Source of the DNA: Azospirillaceae bacterium
GTDB lineage: Bacteria; Pseudomonadota; Alphaproteobacteria; Azospirillales; Azospirillaceae
DNA: 64,000 bases
Direction of reading: 5' to 3'
Assembly: GCA_035645145.1 (NCBI GenBank)
Contig: DASQNC010000022.1
Location: forward strand, 1,146-65,145
Below the pieces are notes generated by a model. The model ran no database searches, was not told the origin of the DNA, and was given only the letters and a program-made list of their open reading frames with translations. The position numbers and the translations under genes are program-made. Each line of letters begins with the position of its first letter. The stretch's first letter is position 1. Below are positions 1 to 9,547 of this stretch, piece by piece.

Positions 1-95
1 TCTGGCCATCGCCATTCGCTCCGCGCAAGCCGCTGGGGCCCCGACCCCACAGGGATCTCGATCCCTACATGTACCGCGCCTACTTCAAGGACTGA
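1..95 (+). CDS. 3' end of an unidentified CDS (partial, runs off the window start)
   Basis: Frame 3 is open from the window edge to TGA at 93-95 (...DLDPYMYRAYFKD*). Third positions are GC-rich in the last ~15 codons. No recognisable domain in 30 aa. Confidence 0.25.
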   Translation, partial: WPSPFAPRKPLGPRPHRDLDPYMYRAYFKD

Positions 96-285
96 CGCGG
101 CTCCCGGCCGGCCCGGGCGGCAGGATCCGGTCCGAGGCCCATGCCCCGCCGGGGTCGCGCACCCGCGCGCATCCGCTTGGCCACGGCCATCGGTGCGGCA
201 AGGTGGCGGCGGTGCGAACGCATGTTCGGCGCGCTTGTTCGAACAGGTGACGTCGGCGTGCGGTCGGTCACGCGCCTGCGCGCGG

Positions 286-313
286 GAGACGGACGGAGGG
301 ATCCGTCCGTCTC
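286..313 (+). promoter_or_regulatory. Perfect 12-bp stem / GGGA loop hairpin in the htrA leader
   Basis: GAGACGGACGGA-GGGA-TCCGTCCGTCTC, followed by CCCC-TGA-GGGG and the GGAGGA Shine-Dalgarno of htrA. No U-tract. Confidence 0.35.
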
Positions 314-346
314 CGCCCCTGAGGGGACCTCACATCGGAGGATCGC

Positions 347-1897
347 ATGACAGCTCCAAAATCGCCTGCACGCCGTGCCGCGGCCATCGCCGCCGTGGCG
401 CTGTGCCTCGGCACCACCGGTTGGGCGCCGACCCTGGCGCAGCAACTGGCCCCGACGCAGGGCCAGGGAACTCCTTCCAGCTTCTCGCAATTGGCGCAGG
501 CGAAGCTTCCTGCGGTGGTGACGATCACGGCCAGCAGTGCCGGACCGCGCGCCCTGGCCCCAGGCGGTGGCCCTGGGCCGGAGAGTGAGCCCGGCCCGCG
601 TTCGCCGTTCCCGCCGGGCTCGCCCTTCAACGACTTCTTCGAGGATTTCTTCGGACGCAGGGGTGGTCCAGGCGGACCGCCGCCGGGTGGCCCCGGAGCA
701 CCCGGCGGGCCGGGCGGTCCTGGCGGCCGCGGGGGTGTGTCGCTGGGATCCGGCTTCGTGGTCGATCCGGCGGGCTACATCGTCACCAACAACCACGTCG
801 TCGAGGGCGCCTCGGAGATTCGGGTCACGCTGCACGACGAGCGCGAGTTCCCGGCCCGGCTGGTGGGCACCGACCCGGCCACCGATCTCGCGCTCCTGAA
901 GATCGAGGCGCAGGGCCTGCCCACCCTGGACTGGGGCAACTCCGACCAGGCGCAGATCGGCGACTGGGTGATGGCCATCGGCAACCCGTTCGGGCTCGGC
1001 GGCACGGTGACCGTCGGCATCATCTCGGCCCGCGCGCGGGAGATCGGGGCCGGGCCGTACGATGCCTTCATCCAGACCGACGCGGCCATCAACTCGGGCA
1101 ACTCCGGCGGGCCGCTGATCGCGTTGGACGGGCGGGTGATCGGGGTGAATACGGCGATCTTCTCACGCACCGGCGGCAACATCGGCATCGGCTTCGCGGT
1201 CCCGGCCTCCATCGCGCAGCCGGTGATCGCGCAACTGCGCGAGAACGGGGCGGTGACCCGGGGCTTTCTGGGCGTGAGCATCCAGCCGGTGACGCCGGAC
1301 ATCGCCGAGGCGTTGGGGCTGAAGGAGCGCCGGGGCGCGCTGGTGGCCAGCGTGCAGCCGAACGGGCCGGCGGCCGGGGCGGGCATCCAGCCCGGCGACG
1401 TGATCACGTCGTTCAACGGGCAGCCCGTCAATGCCCCGCGCGAGCTGTCGCGTGCGGTCGCGCAGACGGGAGTCGGCTCCACCGCCACCGTCGAGCTGCT
1501 GCGCAACGGACGGGCGCAAACCGTCCAGGTTCAGGTGGCAAAGCTCGAGCCGCAGCAAACCCGGACCGCCGCGGCGGCACCGTCGCAGCAGCCCGGGAAC
1601 CTGGGCATGACGCTGGCGCCGGTCAGCCCGGCCAACCGCGAACGGTTCCAGATCCCGCCGAACGTCGAAGGGGTGGTGGTGATGAGCATCGCTCCCGGCA
1701 GCCCGGCCGCCGAGCGCGGGCTTCAGCCCGGCGACGTCATCAAGCGGGTCGGCCAGCAGCCGGTGGACGATCCCCAGGATGTCGCCGATGCCGTACGCCA
1801 GGCGCGCGAGGAGCGGCGGGACTCCGTCCTGGTCCTGGTCCAGCGTCGGGACAGTGCGTTGTTCGTGCCGCTTCCGGTGGCGGGGCGGCAGGGCTGA
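347..1897 (+). CDS. htrA: Periplasmic Do/DegP/HtrA-family serine protease with two PDZ domains
   Basis: 516-aa ORF with a signal-like N-terminus. Trypsin-fold triad context: GSGFVVDPAGYIVTNNHVV (His), DLALLKI (Asp), GNSGGPL (Ser). Two PDZ-like C-terminal segments. GGAGGA lies 4 nt before the ATG. An unusual Gly/Pro-rich linker precedes the protease domain. Confidence 0.95.
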   Translation: MTAPKSPARRAAAIAAVALCLGTTGWAPTLAQQLAPTQGQGTPSSFSQLAQAKLPAVVTITASSAGPRALAPGGGPGPESEPGPRSPFPPGSPFNDFFEDFFGRRGGPGGPPPGGPGAPGGPGGPGGRGGVSLGSGFVVDPAGYIVTNNHVVEGASEIRVTLHDEREFPARLVGTDPATDLALLKIEAQGLPTLDWGNSDQAQIGDWVMAIGNPFGLGGTVTVGIISARAREIGAGPYDAFIQTDAAINSGNSGGPLIALDGRVIGVNTAIFSRTGGNIGIGFAVPASIAQPVIAQLRENGAVTRGFLGVSIQPVTPDIAEALGLKERRGALVASVQPNGPAAGAGIQPGDVITSFNGQPVNAPRELSRAVAQTGVGSTATVELLRNGRAQTVQVQVAKLEPQQTRTAAAAPSQQPGNLGMTLAPVSPANRERFQIPPNVEGVVVMSIAPGSPAAERGLQPGDVIKRVGQQPVDDPQDVADAVRQAREERRDSVLVLVQRRDSALFVPLPVAGRQG

Positions 1898-1914
1898 TCC
1901 GCGCCCGATCGTGA

Positions 1915-1942
1915 ATGGCGGGGGCGCCCACGCCCCCGCCAT
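1915..1942. terminator. Bidirectional stem-loop between convergent htrA and the VOC gene
   Basis: Perfect inverted repeat ATGGCGGGGGCG-CCCA-CGCCCCCGCCAT. No clear U-tract. Confidence 0.5.
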
Positions 1943-1950
1943 CCCGCACC

Positions 1951-2385
1951 TCAGGTTGGAAGCCGCAGATTGCCGGCTTCGTCGAAGGGGAAGAACGGAT
2001 TCCAAGCCACTTCCCTCACGTGGCCGTCGGGGTCGGCGAAATAGCCGCTGTGGCCGCCCCAGAACGCGTCCTGGGCCGGTTTCAGCAGCCGGCCGCCCGC
2101 GGCCACGGCGTCCGCCAACACCTGTGCGACCTCGGCGCGGGTTCGCACATTGTGGGCCAGGGCGATCCCGGTGAATGCCCCGGCGGGAGCCGGGGTGTTC
2201 GGCACCTGCGCATCCGCCGCCAGTGCGGAACGGCCGTAGAGGGAGAGGACGACGCCGCCCGCCTGGAAGAATGCCACCGAGTCTGTGGAGGCCGGCGCCT
2301 CCCGCCACCCAAGCCGGTCATAAAACGTCCGGCTGCGGGCCAGATCGGTGACGCCCAGGGTGACCAGACTCAACCTTTGTTCCAT
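1951..2385 (-). CDS. VOC (glyoxalase/bleomycin-resistance/dioxygenase) family protein
   Basis: ORF 1951..2478 trimmed to the ATG at 2383-2385. Sequence MEQRLSLVTLGVTDLARSRTFYDRLGW...GYFADPDGHVREVAWNP is typical of the VOC fold. Confidence 0.85.
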   Translation of the reverse strand: MEQRLSLVTLGVTDLARSRTFYDRLGWREAPASTDSVAFFQAGGVVLSLYGRSALAADAQVPNTPAPAGAFTGIALAHNVRTRAEVAQVLADAVAAGGRLLKPAQDAFWGGHSGYFADPDGHVREVAWNPFFPFDEAGNLRLPT

Positions 2386-2686
2386 GGCTCGTCCTTCCGG
2401 CCTGTGGCGCGCCGGTTCAGGAATTCTCACCCATGCGGCGCGATGATTTGCATTTTCCCGGCCCGACGCCGGTGGCACAAGCCGTTGGGAGCGTCCCGGT
2501 CCTCCATGCGGGCCGGTGCGGCGCCTGGGCGGCAGGGGCGGCGCGTTGGCGCCGGGCTGCCGCGGCCCTCACCGGTGGTGGTTGGGCCCTGATGCGGCTT
2601 CAAAGGCCGCCATCCGAAATCCGTGCTTTATGCCGCCCCCGACTTGGCTTATCCAAAAGGGGTAGACCTTGCCTCGGAGACGCCCC

Positions 2687-3535
2687 ATGCGGTCCCGCGC
2701 GGCCCTGCTCCTGTCCTGCTGCACGCTGCTGGCGGGGTGTCTGACCTTCGGCCCGCAGGCCGCGCAACCGGTCGAGGTCGTGACCGGCGGTGTGGAGGGG
2801 GCGAATTGCGTTCTGCAGACATCTGCCGGCCGCAGCCAGATCACCACGCCCGGGGTGGCCGCAGTGCCTGTCAGCCGGGGCGAGCTGAAGGTCACGTGCC
2901 GCAAGGACGGCTTCCACGAAGAAGCGATCACGGTCGCAAACCTCTGGGGCAAGGGGGCACCGCCCCGGGCCGACGAACCGAGCCTGGCCCGGCCGAACCT
3001 CGAGCCGCCGACTCCCGTGTACGGCTATCCGGACCGGATCGAGATCGCGCTCCGTCCCCTGCCGCCGGAGGCCAAAAAGCCCGCGGGCTCCGGCTTCTGG
3101 GGCATTTTCGGTGCCGGTGATACGCCAAAGCCGGCCACGGTGCCGGCGGCATCGGGGGCGCGGACCAGTAAGATCGAAGTGATCCCGACCCAGCCCAAGG
3201 CGCCACCCCGTCCGGCGGCGCCGGCCGCATCCGCTTCTGCCCCCACTGCCGGTGCAGGCGATGCGCCGGCGGCGAAGACGGGGGGGGCGCCGGGTGCCTC
3301 CTCAGGTTCCCCGACAACCTCCGCGACCAAGCCGCCGCTCAAGCTGTCGTCGGCCCCGGCCACCTCGGCGCCCAAGGCATCCGCCCCGCCTGCCGCAAAG
3401 GCCGCGGCCGTGCAGAAGCCGAAGCCCAAGGCCCCGGCTGCGAAATCCGGCCCTGTGGGCACTCCGGCACCCGCCGCCCAACCAGCCGCTATACCGCCAG
3501 CCGCTGCACCGACGTCGGCGACGCCCACCACCTGA
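2687..3535 (+). CDS. Lipoprotein with a small beta-rich domain and a long Pro/Ala/Ser/Lys-rich tail
   Basis: Lipobox MRSRAALLLSCCTLLAG|C. GGAGA lies 7 nt upstream of ATG 2687 (TTG 2669 is an alternative start). The C-terminal ~150 aa are low complexity. Confidence 0.7.
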   Translation: MRSRAALLLSCCTLLAGCLTFGPQAAQPVEVVTGGVEGANCVLQTSAGRSQITTPGVAAVPVSRGELKVTCRKDGFHEEAITVANLWGKGAPPRADEPSLARPNLEPPTPVYGYPDRIEIALRPLPPEAKKPAGSGFWGIFGAGDTPKPATVPAASGARTSKIEVIPTQPKAPPRPAAPAASASAPTAGAGDAPAAKTGGAPGASSGSPTTSATKPPLKLSSAPATSAPKASAPPAAKAAAVQKPKPKAPAAKSGPVGTPAPAAQPAAIPPAAAPTSATPTT

Positions 3536-3564
3536 CATCGCCCGAGGGGCGGGGCGGCCCGCAA

Positions 3565-4296
3565 TCAGGCCAGCCAGCCCCCGTCGATGACGAGCGCCTG
3601 CCCGGTCAGGTTGCCGGCCTCGGGCCCCGCCAGATAGGCGACCGCGGCGGCGATCTCCTCGGGCGTGGTGAACCGGCCGGTCGGCGTTCCCGCGGCGGCG
3701 TCCGCGGCGGTCAATCCCAGTTCCGCCAGCCGTCCGGCCGCCATCTCGGTGTCGACCCAGCCGGGGCAGACCGCATTGACGGTGATCCGCCGCGGGGCCA
3801 GCGCGTGCGCCAGCGCACGGGTCAGGCCGATCAGCCCGTGCTTGGCGGCGACATAGGCCGGCTGGTCCGGCACGCCCTTCAGACCGAGGACGGACGAGAC
3901 GTTCACGATCCGCCCGGTTCCGTCCGGCATCAGCGGGATTGCGGCCTTGGCGCACCGGTAGGCGCCGTCCAGGTTGGTTGCCATGATGCGCCGCCACATC
4001 TCTTCGCCCGGGTCGTCCAGGCGATCCGACCCGGCGACGCCGGCATTGTTCACCAGAACATCCACGCGCCCGTGCGTTGCGGCGACCGTTTCGAACAGGG
4101 CGCGTACGGCGGCGGGATCGGCCACGTCGCACGCGGCGAAGGCGGCGTCCGCGGGAAGAGGGGCGGCCGGCGGGCGCCGAGCGGCCGCAACCACATGGTG
4201 GCCCATTCCGGCGAGCCGCGTGGCAATCGCCAGGCCGATGCCGCGCGTCCCGCCGGTGACCACGGCAACCGGTTGGTTCCTTGCCGGTCCCGTCAT
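3565..4296 (-). CDS. Short-chain dehydrogenase/reductase (SDR)
   Basis: C-terminal 243 aa of ORF 3565..5184, starting at ATG (plus-strand CAT 4294-4296). Motifs: TGGTRGIG Rossmann, NNAG, YVAAK (YxxxK). Confidence 0.9.
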   Translation of the reverse strand: MTGPARNQPVAVVTGGTRGIGLAIATRLAGMGHHVVAAARRPPAAPLPADAAFAACDVADPAAVRALFETVAATHGRVDVLVNNAGVAGSDRLDDPGEEMWRRIMATNLDGAYRCAKAAIPLMPDGTGRIVNVSSVLGLKGVPDQPAYVAAKHGLIGLTRALAHALAPRRITVNAVCPGWVDTEMAAGRLAELGLTAADAAAGTPTGRFTTPEEIAAAVAYLAGPEAGNLTGQALVIDGGWLA

Positions 4297-5030
4297 TGGG
4301 CTGTCGTCCCGCCGTCCACGGGGATCACCGCGCCGGTCACGAAGGACGCGGCGTCCGACACCAGGAAGGCAATGACGGCGGCGATTTCGGACGGGGCTGC
4401 GAAACGGCCCAAGGGAACGGCGGCGGTGTAGGCGTCGATCGACGATCCCGGGTGCTTGTCCGGGTAGCGGGCCGCCAATTGGCCGATCACGTCCCGCAGC
4501 ATGGGGGTGTCGGTGCTGCCCGGCGCCACCGCGTTGAAGCGGATGTTGTGGGGGGCCCAGTCCAGGGCCGCGCTTTTCATCAATTGGGCGATGGCCGCCT
4601 TGCTGGCGCCGTACGCCGCGCTGGCCGGCTTGCCGATGAACGCCTGGTCGCTGGCCACACTGACGACCGACCCGCCGCCGCGCGCCACCATGTGCGGCAA
4701 CACCGCCTGGATCAGGGCGAAGGGGGCCATGAAGTTGATGCGGAAGATGCGCTCCGCCTCGGCCAGCGGGGTGTCGAGGATGGTGCCCAGCATGGTGGCG
4801 CCGGCATTGTTCACCAGTGCGGCCGGCGGCCCGTGCCGTTCGACGATGCGGGCAACCACCCCCGGGATCGCGTCCAGGTCGGCCAGATCGGTTTCCGGCA
4901 GGTCGATCCCGGCGACCGTCATTCCCTGTGCCCCAAGCGCGGCCGCGACCGCTTGGCCGATGCCGCTCTTGTGGCCTGTTACGATCGCCAGCCTGTTGCC
5001 GCCCGCTCCCGCCCCGGTTTGCCCGGCCAT
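4293..5030 (-). CDS. Short-chain dehydrogenase/reductase (SDR)
   Basis: C-terminal 245 aa of ORF 4293..5849. Motifs: VTGHKSGIG, NNAG, YGASK. Its stop overlaps the start of the downstream SDR (ATGA at 4293-4296). GGGGAGG Shine-Dalgarno. Confidence 0.9.
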   Translation of the reverse strand: MAGQTGAGAGGNRLAIVTGHKSGIGQAVAAALGAQGMTVAGIDLPETDLADLDAIPGVVARIVERHGPPAALVNNAGATMLGTILDTPLAEAERIFRINFMAPFALIQAVLPHMVARGGGSVVSVASDQAFIGKPASAAYGASKAAIAQLMKSAALDWAPHNIRFNAVAPGSTDTPMLRDVIGQLAARYPDKHPGSSIDAYTAAVPLGRFAAPSEIAAVIAFLVSDAASFVTGAVIPVDGGTTAQ

Positions 5031-5128
5031 TACCTGCCTCCCCACCCGTCGATCCGGCTTCCTGCCCATACCGTTGCGGAAGCGCGCGGTCCAGCCGGAT
5101 CGAGGAGGGGAGACCGGTGTGCGGGGAC

Positions 5129-6127
5129 CTACACCTGCGGCAGCACCAGCACCTTGCCCAGTTGACCGCCGGCCTCGACCGCATCGTGGGCCCGCCAGGC
5201 TTCGGCCAGGGGGAACGTCTGGCCGGTCGGGCAGGACAGCCAGCCTTCCCGGAACGCCTGGGTGATGGCCTGCGCCGCTTCCTCGTGGGCCTGCTTGGAC
5301 ATCATGTAGACCAGGACGACGCGAATCGTGGCGTCCAGGACGAGCAGCGACAGGAACGGCACCTTCGGTTCCGGTTCCGCGTCCGAGGAATAGGTGGCGA
5401 TGACGCCATTGGGCCGCAGCACCTGCAAGGAAACCGGCAGGTTCGAGCCGAAATTGACGTCGACGATCCGGTCGACCCCACGGCCCTGCGGCGCCCCCGT
5501 GGCCTCCGCGATGCGCGCAACCACGTCCTCGCGGTGGCGGTCGATCACCACATCCGCACCGGCCGAGCGAGCGCTGTCCGCCTGTTCGGGGCTGCCAACC
5601 GTGGTGATGACACGGGCGCCGCCGTGCTTGGCGAACTGGATCGCAAAGCGTCCCACCGACCCCGCGCCCCCGGTGACCAGGACCGTCTTGCCGTCGACCG
5701 ATCCGTCGGCGAACACGCAGCGGTGGGCGGTCATGGCCGCAATGCCCATCATGGCCCCGGCTTCGAACGGGACCCCGTCGGGCAGCGGAACGGCGTTCGC
5801 ATCCGGTACGACGGTGAATTCGGCGCAGGTGCCGAAGGGACGGTTCCACTGCGCCTCGTAGATCCAGACGCGCTGGCCGATGCGGCCGCGGTCCACGCCG
5901 GGGCCGACATCCTCGATCACGCCGGCGCCGTCCTGGTGGGGGACGATCCGCGGGTACGGCATGTCCTTCGAGCGCAGGCCGGCACGGCCCTTGGTGTCGG
6001 TCGGGTTCACCGCCGACGCGTGGACGCGCACCAGCACCTCGCCGGGACCGGGGGTCGGAGTCGGCATCTCCCCGACCACCAGCACCTCGCGGGCCGGGCC
6101 CTTACGCTCGTACCAGACTGCCTTCAT
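5129..6127 (-). CDS. NADPH:quinone oxidoreductase (MDR / zeta-crystallin-like)
   Basis: Starts MKAVWYERKGPAREVLVVGEMPTPTPGPGEVLVRVHASAVNPTD. GGAGSVG nucleotide motif. ATG at 6125-6127 with GGAGA upstream. Confidence 0.9.
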   Translation of the reverse strand: MKAVWYERKGPAREVLVVGEMPTPTPGPGEVLVRVHASAVNPTDTKGRAGLRSKDMPYPRIVPHQDGAGVIEDVGPGVDRGRIGQRVWIYEAQWNRPFGTCAEFTVVPDANAVPLPDGVPFEAGAMMGIAAMTAHRCVFADGSVDGKTVLVTGGAGSVGRFAIQFAKHGGARVITTVGSPEQADSARSAGADVVIDRHREDVVARIAEATGAPQGRGVDRIVDVNFGSNLPVSLQVLRPNGVIATYSSDAEPEPKVPFLSLLVLDATIRVVLVYMMSKQAHEEAAQAITQAFREGWLSCPTGQTFPLAEAWRAHDAVEAGGQLGKVLVLPQV

Positions 6128-6173
6128 CGTCCTGTCTCCAACCTTGCTTCCCGGAAGCACATTCAAAACCGGT

Positions 6174-6209
6174 CAAGCGGCACCCGGCTTTGAAGCCCGG
6201 TGCCGCTTG
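6174..6209 (-). terminator. Terminator-like hairpin in the leader of the oxidoreductase operon
   Basis: On the minus strand: CAAGCGGCACCGGGC-TTCAAA-GCCGGGTGCCGCTTG (14/15 bp), then ACCGGTTTTG. It lies about 45 nt upstream of the qor start, and no upstream minus-strand gene exists for it to terminate. Confidence 0.4.
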
Positions 6210-6261
6210 CCGGGACCGTAGTCCCTATGGTTTGGAAACCGCAAGTATGCTCAATTCTGTT

Positions 6262-6291
6262 ATGTAGTATCGGGGATGTGATGTAGTATCG
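6262..6291. promoter_or_regulatory. Direct repeat ATGTAGTATCG x2 (candidate HxlR operator)
   Basis: Exact 11-mers at 6262-6272 and 6281-6291 in the AT-rich divergent intergenic region. The 12-bp palindrome GGGTCCGGACCC at 6306-6317 lies just before the hxlR ATG. Confidence 0.4.
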
Positions 6292-6326
6292 AAAGTGTAA
6301 CTATTGGGTCCGGACCCGGAACGCAC

Positions 6327-6695
6327 ATGACATGGCATACCTGCGGCGTGGCGACCACGGTCGAGGCCATCGGCGGTCGCTGGAAATCCGTGGTCCTGTA
6401 TTTCCTGCTGTCCGGCAGCAAGCGGTTCGGTGAACTGCGCCGCTTGCTGCCCGGCGTGTCCCCGCGGATGCTGACGCTGCAACTCCGTGAATTGGAACGC
6501 GACGGCCTCGTCAGCCGCCATGTGTACGCCGAGGTGCCGCCGCGGGTGGACTATGCCCTGACCCCGCTGGGGGAAAGTCTGCGGCCCGTTCTGATGGCCA
6601 TGAGGGCCTGGGGCGACACCTATTCGGCACAGCGGACCAGCGCAGCCGACGCACTGCCGGTCCAGGTCGTGGCGGCAAGTCACAGCGCGGCGTAG
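6327..6695 (+). CDS. HxlR-family winged-helix transcriptional regulator
   Basis: Contains TVEAIGGRWKSVVLYFLLSGSKRFGELRRLLPGVSPRMLTLQLRELERDGLVSR...YALTPLG. Divergent from the quinone reductase operon. Confidence 0.9.
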   Translation: MTWHTCGVATTVEAIGGRWKSVVLYFLLSGSKRFGELRRLLPGVSPRMLTLQLRELERDGLVSRHVYAEVPPRVDYALTPLGESLRPVLMAMRAWGDTYSAQRTSAADALPVQVVAASHSAA

Positions 6696-6769
6696 GGCAC
6701 GGCCCGATCCTTGGGATCGGGTGGTCGTGCTCTCCCTGCTCCGGCTGGCAACCCAACCGTTTGCGCGTC

Positions 6770-7468
6770 TCAGGCTGCCGCCAGGGCGAAATCCATTGCC
6801 GCCTCGGCGTGGATGCGTGTCGTGTCGAAGACAGGCAGGTCGGTGTCGTCCTGGCCGATCAGCATCGTGATCTCGGTGCAGCCCAGGATGACGCCGTCCG
6901 CGCCGGCGGTGCGCAGGCGGTCCACCACCCGCAGATAGGCGGCCTTGGCCTCCGGCCGCACCGTCCCGCGGCACAGCTCGTCGTAGATGATACGGTGCAC
7001 CTCGACCCGGTCGGCCTCGTCCGGCACCAGCACGTCGAGGCCGTGGCGGGTACGTAGCCGCTCCCGGTAGAATGGCTGTTCCATGGTGAAGCGGGTCGCC
7101 AACAACGCCGGCCGGCGCGAGCCGGTCCGCCGGATCGCGGCCGCGGTGGCGTCGGCGATGTGCAGGATCGGCACCGCCGCGGCCGCCTGCACCTCCTCCG
7201 CCAGCATGTGCATGGTGTTGGTGCAGATCACCAGTGCTTCCGCCCCGGCACCTTCCAGCCGCCGCGCGGCATCCGCCAACAGTGCCGCGGCCCCCGTCCA
7301 GTCACCGGCATGCTGGCGGGCCGCCACCTCGTCGAAGTCGAACGACCACAGCAGCAACCGTGCGGAGTGCAGACCGCCCAAGCGATCCCGGGCGATCTCG
7401 TTGAGGTGGCGGTAGTAGATCGCGGTGCTTTCCCAGCTCATCCCGCCGATCAGGCCCAGCGTTCTCAT
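6770..7468 (-). CDS. ygeA: Aspartate/glutamate racemase family protein (YgeA-like broad-specificity amino-acid racemase)
   Basis: MRTLGLIGGMSWESTAIYYRHLN...CTNTMH...LGCTEI. The two catalytic Cys contexts are conserved. Near-colinear with E. coli YgeA as recalled from memory. ATG (plus-strand CAT) at 7466-7468. Confidence 0.88.
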   Translation of the reverse strand: MRTLGLIGGMSWESTAIYYRHLNEIARDRLGGLHSARLLLWSFDFDEVAARQHAGDWTGAAALLADAARRLEGAGAEALVICTNTMHMLAEEVQAAAAVPILHIADATAAAIRRTGSRRPALLATRFTMEQPFYRERLRTRHGLDVLVPDEADRVEVHRIIYDELCRGTVRPEAKAAYLRVVDRLRTAGADGVILGCTEITMLIGQDDTDLPVFDTTRIHAEAAMDFALAAA

Positions 7469-7490
7469 TGTACCCGTGCCGGAGTGGAGG

Positions 7491-8741
<1,251 letters not shown>

Positions 8742-8819
8742 TTAGTGGGCCTGGTCCGGAGCGGCAAGGCGCTGACGCGCCTCGACAATCATCGCACAAC
8801 GATGTAAGCCCAAAGGCGC

Positions 8820-9491
8820 ATGTCTGAGCTGATTGCGGTCCTGGCACCGCTGCGTGCGGTCCCACTGGAATTGTGGCTGATCGCCGCCACCCTTTCGCTT
8901 GTGCTGGGCATCCTGGTCTACGAGCTGCGCCGAACCCGTGCGCGCCGTAGGAACGCAGGTCCGTCCGGCAATGCCGAACTGGAGGCCCTGAGGCGCTTCC
9001 TTTCCACCAGCCGGTTTCCCTATCTCGACAGCATTCCCCTGGTGGGGCGCGAGGTCCGCAACGTCGTCATGGTGGATCTGGTGGCCAAGCTGCCGGCATC
9101 CATCGCCATCATCCTGCTGGGGCCCCAGGGTGCCGAGGGGCGCATCACGGTGCGGGAAGGCGGCGCGATCTGGGAACTGAAGTCGGGCGGCAAGCCGATC
9201 TTCATCGCGAACCCGTCGCTGCAATTGACGCCGGTGGTGCGGGCGTTCCGGAAGCGCTTTCCGCTGGTGCGCGTGCGCGGCTTCCTGGTGATGCCCGACG
9301 GATGCGAGCTGCCTCCCTCGTCGCCCAAAAACATCACCACCGTGAGCAAGCTCTGCAAGACGCTGGAGCAGATGCGGGAACAGGACGGTGTGGACTCGGC
9401 TGCGACCGAGCACGCGTGGACCAAGATCACCGATTGGTCGCGGGACATGCGTGCCAGGGCGTCGGCGGCGCGGTACGGGGCCGCTGTGTAG
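8820..9491 (+). CDS. Membrane-anchored hypothetical protein, NERD-like domain (tentative, catalytic residues not evident)
   Basis: 223 aa with GC3-rich codons. N-terminal TM segment [17 protein letters not shown]. The region [25 protein letters not shown]...W...ANPSLQL...VRGFLVM parallels the NERD layout but lacks a clear D-ExK. Confidence 0.6.
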   Translation: MSELIAVLAPLRAVPLELWLIAATLSLVLGILVYELRRTRARRRNAGPSGNAELEALRRFLSTSRFPYLDSIPLVGREVRNVVMVDLVAKLPASIAIILLGPQGAEGRITVREGGAIWELKSGGKPIFIANPSLQLTPVVRAFRKRFPLVRVRGFLVMPDGCELPPSSPKNITTVSKLCKTLEQMREQDGVDSAATEHAWTKITDWSRDMRARASAARYGAAV

Positions 9492-9547
9492 GGCCCGGCC
9501 GCGGGAGGGCACCCGCGCCTGCCCGAAATCGCACGGCGGGCCCCCTG

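Noticed and set aside
215-244. GTTC repeats upstream of htrA as a LexA box
   Set aside because: The spacing is GTTC-N9-GTTC, not the N7 required by the alphaproteobacterial SOS operator. I kept it only as part of the leader-structure observation.
3565-5849. Apparent 518-539-aa fusion ORFs (3565..5184 and 4293..5849; likewise 34664..36190)
   Set aside because: Only the C-terminal ~245-325 aa match the SDR/MDR folds and begin at ATG codons preceded by Shine-Dalgarno sequences. The long N-terminal extensions run through the upstream gene in another frame and are open only because of GC richness.
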